A DNA stretch of 64,000 bases from Candidatus Blackburnbacteria bacterium (GCA_016183565.1 JACPEJ010000001.1:293241-357240); one strand, 5' to 3'; counted from the stretch's first letter, positions 28,594-37,771 are shown. The notes: generated by a model from the letters alone, not told the origin. Translations and numbers: made by a program.

Positions 28594-29790
28594 ATGGGTT
28601 TTCGAAAAATTCATTTAAACAGAATACTTCTTGTAGTTTTTACCTCATTTGCAATTGCACTTTTGTCATTTTCTCAGGTAATAGATCCGCCTCTAACTTT
28701 GGCGCTGGAGAATGAGTCGCCCGACCAAAAACTTGAGAGGATAAGAAAGCAGATTGAGGAAGCACAAAAGCTTCTTGATCAAACAAAACTTCGGAAAGTA
28801 ACTCTTCAAAACGAGATTGTATACCAGGATCAGCAAATTCAGCTGACTACACTTAAGATTCAAGAAACCGAGGAGGAAATAACTGCTCTTACGGGACAGA
28901 TTAGTCGCTTGGAGAACGCGTTGACAGACTTGTCGGAGATTTTTACACAACGTGTTGTAGAGACTTACAAAATAAAGAGGTTGGGGGATTCTCTTACATT
29001 ACTTATTTCTTCGAGTAATGTTTCAGATTTTATTTCGCGTTTTTATTACCTTCAAAAAATTGCTCAACAGGATAGAAATACTTTAATCCAGATGCAGACC
29101 ACTCAGACAAATTACGAGGGACAGAGAGAGAAGAGAGAGGAGTTACGTAAAAAGTTGGAGGGTCAAAAAACTCAATTGGCAGCTCAAAAGATCCAAAAAC
29201 AGAATCTTTTGGAGGTTACAAAAAATGACGAGAAGCGCTTCCAACAAATGTTATCGGCGGCTAGGGCGGAGCTGGAGGCTATTCAGGCAATTATTGCTGG
29301 TCGGGGGAAGGAGACAGAGGTGGGTAAAGTTAGTGCGGGGCAAAGGATTGCTTCGATGATACCTGGTACTTCCTGTAATTCTAGTGGGACCCACCTCCAT
29401 TTTATAGTTAGTCAAAATGGGGCAACGCAAAATCCGTTTGGGCATCTAAGGGGAGGAATAGATTATGAAAATTGTTCGGGTTCAGGTGCTTGTTCGGAAG
29501 GGGATCCATTTAATCCTAGTGGTTTTTGGGATTGGCCGATAAGTCCCAAAATCCGCTTTTTCCAAGGTTACGGATCTACGTGGGCGGTTACAAATACTTG
29601 GGTTGGAGGTATTTATAAGTTTCACAATGGTATTGATGTAAATAGTGCATCTTCTAGTGAAGTAAGAGCAGTAAGGTCTGGAACACTTTATAGGGGAAGT
29701 TATGCTGGTAGTAGTTGTAGTCTAAGGTACGTTCGGGTAGATCACGAAGATTCAGATTTAGATACGTTTTATTTGCATGTGGATTATTAG
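28594..29790 (+). CDS. EnvC/PcsB-like coiled-coil protein with C-terminal M23/LytM-like domain
   Basis: Long N-terminal coiled coil. C-terminal SGTHLHF... M23-like motif. Immediately downstream of ftsEX. Confidence 0.65.
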   Translation: MGFRKIHLNRILLVVFTSFAIALLSFSQVIDPPLTLALENESPDQKLERIRKQIEEAQKLLDQTKLRKVTLQNEIVYQDQQIQLTTLKIQETEEEITALTGQISRLENALTDLSEIFTQRVVETYKIKRLGDSLTLLISSSNVSDFISRFYYLQKIAQQDRNTLIQMQTTQTNYEGQREKREELRKKLEGQKTQLAAQKIQKQNLLEVTKNDEKRFQQMLSAARAELEAIQAIIAGRGKETEVGKVSAGQRIASMIPGTSCNSSGTHLHFIVSQNGATQNPFGHLRGGIDYENCSGSGACSEGDPFNPSGFWDWPISPKIRFFQGYGSTWAVTNTWVGGIYKFHNGIDVNSASSSEVRAVRSGTLYRGSYAGSSCSLRYVRVDHEDSDLDTFYLHVDY

Positions 29791-30648
29791 GTGAGAATGC
29801 TGAAACTTTTTAGGGCGACAATAATAAGTGGAATATTATTTTTTTTGATGGTTTCTCCTGCTTTTGCTGCTTTCGCCATCAGCGGTGTACCTGCAAGTAT
29901 AACTTCTGAGCAGGAGTTCCAGGTTACGGTTTCACTATCCATTAGCGGTTCTGCTGGTAACGTCTACTACTTGAGAGCTGCCTTTGCTCATCTGGACACC
30001 CCGAGTTCATATTTTGGTTACACAAAGGATAATGTCGGTGCTTGGTACAATGGAACACCATCGATCGATCACACAAAGTTTTACCAAGTTACAATGGACT
30101 CTTCAGGAACTTGGAATGGAACTGTTTCAGTTAAACCGGATTCACAAAGTTCTGCTTTCAAAGGTTCTGGAGATTATACACTTAAGGTGGGGAGGTATAC
30201 GGCGGCAGGTAGTGGTCCAACTTGGTCTGATGATTCGGTAACCATAACGATCTCTGCACCACCCACTTCTACTCCTACACCAACATCTACCCCGACGCCT
30301 ACTTCCGGGCCTACGTCAACTCCTACTCCGACTAATACTCCCACCCCTACGATGGGAAGTTTGGCGACTCCGACGCCTACTCGGGTGCCTACGAAAAAAC
30401 CGACTCCTACTCCGACTAAAGAATCCGTTGAGGAAGAGGACGGAGAAGTCTTTGTACTTGGTGCTCAAGACGTAAGTGCTTCTGTGACATCTACGCCGGA
30501 AGTAGTGGTTGAGGCGACAACTTCTGCGCAAGGAAAGAATTGGAAAACTCCTGTGTTTGCTGGTGTTTTGATAGTTGCTGGTGTTTCTCTTATTGGAATT
30601 TCTGCTTATTCCTTCCTTGCGAAGGGTAAAACTGGTAGAATTATGTGA
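29791..30648 (+). CDS. Secreted/cell-surface protein with signal peptide, Pro/Thr-rich repeat linker and C-terminal TM anchor
   Basis: Signal peptide ending PAFAAFA. (PTxTPT)n linker encoded by imperfect 18-nt repeats. C-terminal hydrophobic helix plus KGKTGR. Confidence 0.55.
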   Translation: MRMLKLFRATIISGILFFLMVSPAFAAFAISGVPASITSEQEFQVTVSLSISGSAGNVYYLRAAFAHLDTPSSYFGYTKDNVGAWYNGTPSIDHTKFYQVTMDSSGTWNGTVSVKPDSQSSAFKGSGDYTLKVGRYTAAGSGPTWSDDSVTITISAPPTSTPTPTSTPTPTSGPTSTPTPTNTPTPTMGSLATPTPTRVPTKKPTPTPTKESVEEEDGEVFVLGAQDVSASVTSTPEVVVEATTSAQGKNWKTPVFAGVLIVAGVSLIGISAYSFLAKGKTGRIM

Positions 30649-31061
30649 GTATGAAGCATGTGGTGTATTGGGTGCCGGTTTTTGTTTGGGCCGGCGTTAT
30701 TTTTTTCTTTTCATCTTTGCAGGTGGAGATTTCTCCTGAGTTTGATTTGCAAGATTTTTTGGTTAAGAAGACTGCTCACATTATTGAATATGCAATTCTT
30801 TTTACACTTATCTATAGAGCTTTAATCAATGCGGCTGGTTTTACTGTTAGCAAGTCATTCAAGGTTGCATTTATACTTATTTTTCTTTATGCAATAAGTG
30901 ATGAGTATCATCAATCGTTTACTCCAGGGAGAACTCCAAGCATACGAGATGTTGGTTTTGACAGTTCAGGGGCTGTTCTTGCGTGGATAGGATTATGGAA
31001 GTATTTACCAAAAGCGCCCAAGAAACTTTTGAGTTGGGCAAGAACTTTGCAGCTTCTTTAA
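30645..31061 (+). CDS. VanZ-family membrane protein
   Basis: 138 aa; conserved DEYHQSFTPGR and D.GFD..G motifs of the VanZ-like family. Confidence 0.6.
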   Translation: MSMKHVVYWVPVFVWAGVIFFFSSLQVEISPEFDLQDFLVKKTAHIIEYAILFTLIYRALINAAGFTVSKSFKVAFILIFLYAISDEYHQSFTPGRTPSIRDVGFDSSGAVLAWIGLWKYLPKAPKKLLSWARTLQLL

Positions 31062-31459
31062 AAGGCGGGGAGGTAGTAGCTCTTGTGGGAGATTTAGGGA
31101 GCGGTAAGACTACATTTGTTCAAGGTCTTGCTCGTGGTTTAGGAATAAAAGAGAGAATTTTGAGCCCCACTTTTATTTTGATGCGCCAGTACGATATAAA
31201 AACCAAAAATCAAAACAAAAATGCTTCCTTCGGAAGGGCAAAACTTAAAAATTTGTACCATATTGACTTGTACCGATTGGTTGGGAATATTGAGCAAGAA
31301 TATAGAAGTCTTGGGTTGGAAGAAATTGTAGGGGAGAAGGAAAATATAGTTGTGATTGAGTGGGCGGAGAAGGTGAGGGGGTTGCTGCCTGCTGATACGA
31401 TTTGGATTAGGTTTGGGATTGTGGGTGAGGATGGCAGAAAGATTATTATTAAGCGATAA
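30983..31459 (+). CDS. tsaE: tRNA t6A37 threonylcarbamoyl-adenosine biosynthesis ATPase TsaE (YjeE) with about 14-aa inserted segment
   Basis: Walker A GDLGSGKTTF, SPTFILM, LYHIDLYRL motifs. Inserted segment DIKTKNQNKNASFGRAKLKN is encoded by the repeat element 31197..31254. Confidence 0.8.
   Translation: MDRIMEVFTKSAQETFELGKNFAASLKGGEVVALVGDLGSGKTTFVQGLARGLGIKERILSPTFILMRQYDIKTKNQNKNASFGRAKLKNLYHIDLYRLVGNIEQEYRSLGLEEIVGEKENIVVIEWAEKVRGLLPADTIWIRFGIVGEDGRKIIIKR
31197..31254. repeat. Repeat element copy 1: 22-nt hairpin core TGCTTCCTTCGGAAGGGCAAAA flanked by degenerate CAAAA(A)T heptamers, inside tsaE
   Basis: Core 31222..31243 is identical to 38519..38540. Stem CTTCC/GGAAG. Confidence 0.7.
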
Positions 31460-31460
31460 C

Positions 31461-31500
31461 GCTATGGAGCTATAGAGCTATGAGGCTATGAAGCTATATA
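31461..31500. repeat. Tandem 8-nt repeat (GCTATRRR x5) at the tsaE/tsaB junction, overlapping the tsaB start codon
   Basis: gctatgga gctataga gctatgag gctatgaa gctatata. The ATG of tsaB (31488) lies inside the 4th unit. Confidence 0.7.
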
Positions 31501-31799
31501 TAGATACAAGCAATTCTGAAGAGATTGTTGTGGGTGTAGATCATGAGCTTATTCACGACACGGCTCGAGAGCAGAGAGCGCAAAGGCTTTTGGGTTTGAT
31601 AAGAGAAGAACTAGAAAAAAGGAATTTGGGGTTAGAGGATGTAACTGAGATAAAAGTTAATACTGGCCCAGGTTCTTTTACAGGTCTTAGAGTTGGTGTG
31701 GCAGTTGCTAATTCCCTAGGGTGGTCTTTGGGAGTGCCTGTTAACGATAAAGATATCAGTGGGGATGGTCCAATAGAGCCGCGATACGCAAACACTTAA
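31488..31799 (+). CDS. tsaB: TsaB (YeaZ) homolog, N-terminal domain only (103 aa)
   Basis: GPGSFTGLRVGVAVANSLGWSLGVPV motif of YeaZ/Kae1 family N-lobe. About half the length of E. coli YeaZ. Confidence 0.65.
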   Translation: MKLYIDTSNSEEIVVGVDHELIHDTAREQRAQRLLGLIREELEKRNLGLEDVTEIKVNTGPGSFTGLRVGVAVANSLGWSLGVPVNDKDISGDGPIEPRYANT

Positions 31800-31822
31800 A
31801 GTGTGCTATAACTTATAAAGAG

Positions 31823-32689
31823 ATGTCTTTTTTCGGAACATTAGTCCATCTTTTTATACCGCATTCAAGTAACAACCATAGAGCCAAATTTCTTCATCCT
31901 TTCTTTGTCGGGATTTTTATTTCTGTTTTTGTAGGTAGCCAGTTACTCGCATCATTTTTGCCTTTTTTTGCGCCTATTGTTTTAGGATATTCCTCGAAAA
32001 TAACACCGGAGAAGATAGTTGAGCTTACTAACCAAGAAAGGACAAAAAGTGGCCGGAAGGTTTTGCAGATGGACGATGATCTTAATAGAGCTGCTCTTCT
32101 TAAGGCTGCGGATATGTTCGCGAGGGACTATTGGGCTCACAACTCGCCAGATGGGCAAGAACCTTGGCATTTTTTTATAGAGGCTGATTATCAGTATAAA
32201 TATGCGGGGGAAAATTTAGCTCGGGATTTTACGAAAGATGAAGATGTGGTTCTAGCTTGGATAGCATCTCCTTCTCATAAGGAAAACTTGCTTTCGTCAC
32301 GTTATGAGGATATGGGGATTGCTGTTGTTGAAGGGGAGTTGGGGGGGATAAAGACAACGCTAGTTGTTCAGTTATTTGGAACAAGGATTAATTTGGCGGC
32401 TGTGTTGCCGAGAGTAGAGGCTCAGACTGAGAAATCTTCGGTTGTACCATATTTGAATTTGGGCAGCGAGCAAGTAGCAGGTAAAATTGTGAGTATTTCG
32501 CCGTTTTCTATTAAAAAGTCTTTGGCGATTTTCCTTATTTCTGTTTTTGTTTTTATTTTTGTTTTAGACATACTTCTTATTTCCAGGAACAATGTACAAA
32601 GACGCTCGTCAAGAAGTTTTGCACATCTTTCCTTTTTGGTAGTGATACTTGCAATAGTTTTGCTTTCGCGTTCGGGGGTTATAATGTAG
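31823..32689 (+). CDS. CAP-domain (SCP/PR-1-like) protein with N- and C-terminal TM segments
   Basis: DYWAHNSPDG...YAGENLAR...W..SP.H..N CAP signature motifs. Confidence 0.65.
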   Translation: MSFFGTLVHLFIPHSSNNHRAKFLHPFFVGIFISVFVGSQLLASFLPFFAPIVLGYSSKITPEKIVELTNQERTKSGRKVLQMDDDLNRAALLKAADMFARDYWAHNSPDGQEPWHFFIEADYQYKYAGENLARDFTKDEDVVLAWIASPSHKENLLSSRYEDMGIAVVEGELGGIKTTLVVQLFGTRINLAAVLPRVEAQTEKSSVVPYLNLGSEQVAGKIVSISPFSIKKSLAIFLISVFVFIFVLDILLISRNNVQRRSSRSFAHLSFLVVILAIVLLSRSGVIM

Positions 32690-32702
32690 AAGCTATTTCA
32701 AA

Positions 32703-32966
32703 ATGAAAAATGTTTTTCACGATATTACTCGTCATATGCCCCATTATCTGAGTCTTTTTGGGATAGTTGGGCTGGGGTGCTTAGGGCTTATAGTCTTTTC
32801 TTATGATCAGGGTTTTCGAATGGCGGTGACTGTTGCCTTGGGTGCGGCCTTTGTTGCTTGGGGGGTGGTTCATCATTGGTTGCACGATGACTTGCATTTT
32901 AAGATTGTACTTGAATACCTTTTTACAGCGATCTTGGGAGTTATTGTTCTTCTTTCGCTCATTTGA
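32703..32966 (+). CDS. Small hypothetical membrane protein (3 TM)
   Basis: 87-aa hydrophobic ORF. Confidence 0.3.
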   Translation: MKNVFHDITRHMPHYLSLFGIVGLGCLGLIVFSYDQGFRMAVTVALGAAFVAWGVVHHWLHDDLHFKIVLEYLFTAILGVIVLLSLI

Positions 32967-33001
32967 AAGGAGATGTGAAGTAGGCGATTTAGCTTCGAAA
33001 T

Positions 33002-33529
33002 ATGCTATACTACTCTTATCTTAATATGGGTGGTGATACGGGTGAAAAATTTATTAGTCCTACCTTGGGTGAGTTATCGATAAGTGAAGTTGTTAATGAG
33101 GTCTGCAAGTTTGTAGGTCTTGATTGCTATGCTTTCTACCGTCTTATTATAGGTACTGACTCTCAAACCAGAAAATCAAACAGCGAGGCAGAGATTGATT
33201 TTGTTACTGCAATTGTTATTCATAGACGAGGGAGCGGAGGCCGTTATTTTTGGATACGAGAAAGACAGAGGAAACACTACGTGCTAAGGCAAAAGATATA
33301 TACCGAGACTGCCAAGTCGCTTGCGCTTGCCGAGGAACTTGTGCCTTTGATAAGAAGTAAGATACCTCCGGGTGTCTATGATTTGGAAATTCATATAGAC
33401 GTAGGGACTGTGGGGCCGACGAGGGAGATGATAAAAGAGGTTGTGGGAATGGTTACTGGTAGTGGTTATACTGCAAAAACAAAACCTGAGTCATATGGGG
33501 CTTCATCTGTTGCGGATAGACATACATGA
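33002..33529 (+). CDS. DUF458/YkuK-like RNase-H-fold protein
   Basis: IGTDSQ....A.VIHRRG.GG..F pattern. Confidence 0.45.
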   Translation: MLYYSYLNMGGDTGEKFISPTLGELSISEVVNEVCKFVGLDCYAFYRLIIGTDSQTRKSNSEAEIDFVTAIVIHRRGSGGRYFWIRERQRKHYVLRQKIYTETAKSLALAEELVPLIRSKIPPGVYDLEIHIDVGTVGPTREMIKEVVGMVTGSGYTAKTKPESYGASSVADRHT

Positions 33530-33537
33530 TGAGTTAG

Positions 33538-34245
33538 CTATTTTAGGAGGTCTGGGCGGTTTTGACGAGTTCGTTCGATTGAAGCGCTCTTTTTCCACCC
33601 CTCAATTTTTTTGTGGTTCCCTGACAGAAGAGTTTCTGGTACTTTCCACCCTTTAAAATCTTCAGGTCTTGTGTACTGTGGATACTCCAGTAAACCACTC
33701 GCTTTGCTCGGGACTGTTTTCTGCGAAAATAAATTTTCAGTTAATCCAGAAAATGACTCGAACTGTGTGGCCTCGACTTTTGCAAGAACCCCAGGGATTA
33801 ACCTGACTACTGCGTCGACGATTACCATTGCGGGGAGTTCTCCGCCTGTTAGAACATAGTCTCCTATTGAAATTTCTTCGTCTATCAGGTGTTCGCGTAC
33901 TCTGTGATCGACTGTTTCATAGTGACCTGCGATAAGGATTAGGTGGTCAAGTTGTGCAAACCCTCTTGCTTTTTCCTGGTTAAAAACTTTTCCACCGGGA
34001 TCAAGTAGAATTGTTTTTCGTTTTGCCTTTTTCGTTTTGCGTTTTAGCTCTGTGAGAGCTTTATATAAGGGTTCTACCATTAAGACCATGCCAACTCCAC
34101 CTCCGTAGGGTTTGTCGTCCACTGTTTTGTGTCGACCTTTAGCCCAATCTCGTAGATTGTGGATATTGATTTCCACTAGTGACCTGTCCTGCGCTCGCCG
34201 GATAATACTTTCCCTGAACGGACCCTCAAACATTTCAGGAAACAA
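33538..34245 (-). CDS. trmD: tRNA (guanine37-N1)-methyltransferase TrmD
   Basis: SPOUT knot motifs (DPGGK, ILIAGHYETVDHRV, TGGELPAMVIVDAVVRLIPGVL). True N-terminus extends about 8 codons upstream (in-frame ...YIDILTLFPEMF, non-ATG start). Confidence 0.9.
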   Translation of the reverse strand: MFPEMFEGPFRESIIRRAQDRSLVEINIHNLRDWAKGRHKTVDDKPYGGGVGMVLMVEPLYKALTELKRKTKKAKRKTILLDPGGKVFNQEKARGFAQLDHLILIAGHYETVDHRVREHLIDEEISIGDYVLTGGELPAMVIVDAVVRLIPGVLAKVEATQFESFSGLTENLFSQKTVPSKASGLLEYPQYTRPEDFKGWKVPETLLSGNHKKIEGWKKSASIERTRQNRPDLLK

Positions 34246-34334
34246 TGTTAGGATATCTATATATTGCGTATGGTATATTTTACCATTACCGTTGGTACTT
34301 GTGATACATTTGGTGTCTGTGTTACCTTTCTATC

Positions 34335-35291
34335 ATGCGACTTGTGATAGTTATTCCCACTTATAACGAGAAAGAGAATATAGTAAACCTTTTGCACAGG
34401 ATCAATTTAACTTTTCGTGATATACGCGGTTGGACGTTGCGGGTTTTGATTGTTGATGACAATTCTCCTGATGGAACTGCGGATGCTGTGAGAGATGTTA
34501 TGAGACGTAATAGAAAAGTGTTTTTGTTATCTCGGAGTAAAAAAACTGGTTTAGGAGGGGCATACTTTTCGGGTATGGAAAGGGCGTTTAAGGAGATGGG
34601 TGCTGATGTAGTTGGGATAATGGACGCTGATTTATCGCACAACCCTGCCTATATTCCCGCTTTCTTAGGGAAGATACAGAGAGGATATGAGTTTGTGGTT
34701 GGGGCTCGGTATGTTCGAGGGGGTTCGATTCCTTCTGATTGGCCGTTATATCGGAAATTTCTTTCGGTATTTGGTAATACTATGGTTTCGGTTTTTCTTG
34801 GTAAGACTACACTAACTGATTGGACGTCCGGATATCGCTTTTTTAATAAAGACGTGTATGTGAAGGTGAGGCCTGAGATAATTGAAGATCGTGCGGAGTA
34901 TAGGGGGTATACGTTTAACATTTCTTTTGCGTATCATGCTGTGAGTGAGGGTTTTAAGATTGGCCAGGTTCCTATTAAGTTTTCCGATAGGAAAAAGGGG
35001 AAATCGAAACTTGGGTTGGAGTATCTTTTCCACACCCCTATTTTTTTATTGAAGACTCGACTTTCTATATTGAGAAAAGGTATAGTGAAAAGATCGAGAG
35101 TTGTAATTAGAGTTTGTTCCAGAACTCAATCTGTGGGGCCTGTCGGGAGCTCGTCCTCGGCCCGTATATCCTCGTCCGCCAGCTGGCGGACTGCGGGCGC
35201 TCGGCGGGACTCCTCGTTCGAGTCTGAGCCTGAGGGCTCATCCCTCAGAGTCGAAGACCTCCGCTCCCGACACCCACTTAGAAATTTTTAG
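34335..35291 (+). CDS. GT2 polyprenol-phosphate mannose/glucose synthase (DPM1/Ppm1-like), 3' end replaced by a GC-rich element; probably truncated
   Basis: VIVIPTYNEKENI...VDDNSPDGT...DAD motifs. Collinear with 35293..36519 to about residue 255, then a low-complexity Ser/Arg/Ala tail encoded by the GC-rich element. Lacks the paralog's GtrA-like TM domain. Confidence 0.75.
   Translation: MRLVIVIPTYNEKENIVNLLHRINLTFRDIRGWTLRVLIVDDNSPDGTADAVRDVMRRNRKVFLLSRSKKTGLGGAYFSGMERAFKEMGADVVGIMDADLSHNPAYIPAFLGKIQRGYEFVVGARYVRGGSIPSDWPLYRKFLSVFGNTMVSVFLGKTTLTDWTSGYRFFNKDVYVKVRPEIIEDRAEYRGYTFNISFAYHAVSEGFKIGQVPIKFSDRKKGKSKLGLEYLFHTPIFLLKTRLSILRKGIVKRSRVVIRVCSRTQSVGPVGSSSSARISSSASWRTAGARRDSSFESEPEGSSLRVEDLRSRHPLRNF
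35133..35278. other. GC-rich (~65%) palindrome-dense structured element; candidate ncRNA or small inserted element
   Basis: 10-bp closing helix TGTCGGGAGC (35141..35150) / GCTCCCGACA (35263..35272). Internal hairpins: perfect 16-nt palindrome TCCGCCAGCTGGCGGA (35175..35190), GACTC/GAGTC (35208..35224), CTGAGGG/CCCTCAG (35230..35248). Translation in the host ORF frame is low-complexity. Confidence 0.45.
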
Positions 35292-35292
35292 T

Positions 35293-36519
35293 ATGAAAAT
35301 TGTTGTTATTATTCCAACTTACAATGAGCGAGAAAATATTGGCCGGATGCTTGATATTTTGGTGAAAGATGAATTTTCCAAGATTAAAAACCATAAGATG
35401 GAGGTGTTGGTAGTTGATGGTCAATCCCCTGATGGTACCTCGGAGGTAGTTAATGAGAAGATGAAGAAATATAAGCAGGTTAATCTTCTTTTGACTAATA
35501 AGGGTGGTTTGGGTGCTGATTATGCGAAGGGAATGAAATATGCTATTGAGAAAATGAAAGCGGATGCGGTGTTTGAGTTTGATGCGGATTTTCAGCATGA
35601 CCCAGGGGATATAAAGCGGTTAGTTGCGGCAATGGATCTTGGTGCTGATTATGTTATTGGATCTCGGTATATTCCCGGGGGGGCAATACCGAAAGAGTGG
35701 GGGATGCATAGAAAGTTCTTAAGTTTTTTTGGAAGTCTTTTTGCGCGAGTAGTTCTTCTTATGCTTAATGTTCATGATATGACTTCTGGTTTTAAGTTAA
35801 CCAAGACTGAGTTTTTGAAGAAGGTGGATTTGGATCATTTGTTGTCAAGGTATTATGCGTACAAGATTCATATATTGCACGATGTAGTGAAACTTGGGGC
35901 CAAGATTGTGGAGGTGCCGATTGTTTTTTACGAAAGGAAAGAAGGTTCAAGCAAGATAAGTCGGAAGGATTTGTTTGACTCTTTTCGTGTGGTGATTTTG
36001 TTGAGGCTGCGTGATTCTAAACGTTTTATCAAGTTTGGCATAGTTGGGACGGTCGGTTATATGTTGAATGCTCTTGGGTTAGAGTTTTTCTCTGGGGTGA
36101 AGGTTACCCAGGATTTGGCAAATTTCTTTCTTGAGTGGAAGGGAAGTTGGCCTCTTAGTATAGCTTCTGAGCCTTCGGCTTGGGCGGCGGCTTTTGCCGC
36201 GGAGGTAGCTATATTGTCTAATTTTATCCTGAACAATTATTGGACGTTTGCTTCTAAGAGAATTACAAATCCTTTGCGTTTCCTTTGGAAGTTTAGCCAT
36301 TTTAATTTGACGTCGGCGGGTGCTGTTGTGATACAGTTTTTGGTTGTTGGTTTAGCTGTTAGTTTGTTTGGTGACACTCCACTTGTGCGTCAGCTTTCTT
36401 TGGTTGTTGCAGTAGGGGTGTTTATCGTTCCGTATAACTATACGATGTACAATGTTTTTATCTGGAAAACATGGAAAGTTCCAGGGCTTCGGTGGCTACA
36501 GAATCGCAGAGTGGATTAG
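35293..36519 (+). CDS. GT2 polyprenol-phosphate mannose synthase (Ppm1-like) with C-terminal GtrA-like TM domain
   Basis: 408 aa. VVIIPTYNERENI...VVDGQSPDGT...DADFQHDP GT2 core plus 4 C-terminal TMs. Tandem paralog of 34335. Confidence 0.8.
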   Translation: MKIVVIIPTYNERENIGRMLDILVKDEFSKIKNHKMEVLVVDGQSPDGTSEVVNEKMKKYKQVNLLLTNKGGLGADYAKGMKYAIEKMKADAVFEFDADFQHDPGDIKRLVAAMDLGADYVIGSRYIPGGAIPKEWGMHRKFLSFFGSLFARVVLLMLNVHDMTSGFKLTKTEFLKKVDLDHLLSRYYAYKIHILHDVVKLGAKIVEVPIVFYERKEGSSKISRKDLFDSFRVVILLRLRDSKRFIKFGIVGTVGYMLNALGLEFFSGVKVTQDLANFFLEWKGSWPLSIASEPSAWAAAFAAEVAILSNFILNNYWTFASKRITNPLRFLWKFSHFNLTSAGAVVIQFLVVGLAVSLFGDTPLVRQLSLVVAVGVFIVPYNYTMYNVFIWKTWKVPGLRWLQNRRVD

Positions 36520-37697
36520 AGCAGGGGTCCCCAGTCTGCAATTGGAGTTACGTTGTTTGTTATAAAAGTAATAGAAAAAAGATAGATTGGTAGGAGTAGT
36601 AGTAATGAGATCCACTTGAATTCTGGGCTTTCTAGGACTTTGTGAAATGCTATAAAAAGGAATGGTATTATTGGTAGACTGTAACGTGCTATGTCTCTGT
36701 GGGATACAAATAAGAGAGATAGGAAGAATATGCCTACAAAGGATGCTATAGCGATTTGTTTCTGTTTAATTAAATAAACTACTCCTACTGCTGCGAATAG
36801 ATAGATCCATATGACTTCTTCCAGCCAAAAAGTTCCCACCCAAGTTTGTTTGGGGTTGAAAATTTGAAAAGGTGGAAACATTAGGTGGACATTGTCGCCC
36901 GAGTTGAAATAGGCAAAAAAGTTGCCATATTGTTTGCCGTACCAAAAATAAAGTCCAACCAGACTTAAGGGAATTAAGAGAAGTGGGTAGGATTTCCACG
37001 GTAGTTTTTTGACCCATGCTGCTGCATTAGTTAGAGCTAGTTGATTCCAGGAGGAAACTATTATGGCTACAGTGTAAGAAAAGAATAAAAGTATTGCTGG
37101 AGGTTTAGTCCATTGGGCTAGAATTCCAAAAAGTGCGGCGAGCCAGAAGTTGTTTTTTCTAAAAAAGAAAATAGACGCCATGATTACCAGTAGGAACAGT
37201 GGTTCAGGAGAGCCGATGGAGCGGGTGATTAGCCAACGTGCAGGAAAAAATGAAAACAAAGTTGCTAACCATAAGCTGTGTTTTTGTAGTCCAATGTCTT
37301 CTAGTAAGAAGTAGAACATCCAGACTGCTAATATTGATGTTACTACTGTTACTGTGATCATTGCATATGGGTAACCCATAAAAGGAAAGGCTGTGGTGAC
37401 ACTTCTTATTAAGAGAGGGAAAAGAGGATAGTGTGCTGAGTAATAGATAGAGGGAAGGGGAAAAGAGAAGTTATTTTCGATTTGTTCAGGATTATAGAGG
37501 GTTTTTGCGGCAACTATATAGTAGGGTCCGTCGTAATTGCGAATTATAGTTGCCATACCCTCTTGGTTTAGTTTAATTCCCCAAATGGTAGGAATGTTTA
37601 ATATAAAGGGTAACCACAGAGCCATAATTCCTGCCAAGGATACGATAGCTAAGAGTAGGGGATTTTGGAATTTGATAAAAATTTCAGAAATCTTCAT
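36516..37697 (-). CDS. Polytopic membrane protein (about 11 TM), probable GT-C-type glycosyltransferase
   Basis: 393 aa, highly hydrophobic, in a glycosyltransferase context. No definitive motif. Confidence 0.4.
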   Translation of the reverse strand: MKISEIFIKFQNPLLLAIVSLAGIMALWLPFILNIPTIWGIKLNQEGMATIIRNYDGPYYIVAAKTLYNPEQIENNFSFPLPSIYYSAHYPLFPLLIRSVTTAFPFMGYPYAMITVTVVTSILAVWMFYFLLEDIGLQKHSLWLATLFSFFPARWLITRSIGSPEPLFLLVIMASIFFFRKNNFWLAALFGILAQWTKPPAILLFFSYTVAIIVSSWNQLALTNAAAWVKKLPWKSYPLLLIPLSLVGLYFWYGKQYGNFFAYFNSGDNVHLMFPPFQIFNPKQTWVGTFWLEEVIWIYLFAAVGVVYLIKQKQIAIASFVGIFFLSLLFVSHRDIARYSLPIIPFLFIAFHKVLESPEFKWISLLLLLPIYLFSITFITNNVTPIADWGPLL

Positions 37698-37771
37698 ACT
37701 AGCTAAGTATACAACAGCACGGAGAGTTTGTGATGGCCTGACGGCTTTTTGTGTGGTATGATTTTTGAAGT

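Noticed and set aside
30240-30420. Tandem DNA repeats in the surface-protein gene as a possible CRISPR or minisatellite
   Set aside because: Imperfect 18-nt units encoding a (PTxTPT)n linker in-frame; an ordinary coding proline/threonine repeat. No CRISPR-like spacer structure anywhere in the window.
34361-35598. Minus-strand ORFs 34361..34642, 34649..34921, 34812..35033, 35278..35598
   Set aside because: All antisense to the GT2 genes 34335..35291 and 35293..36519, which carry clear catalytic motifs.
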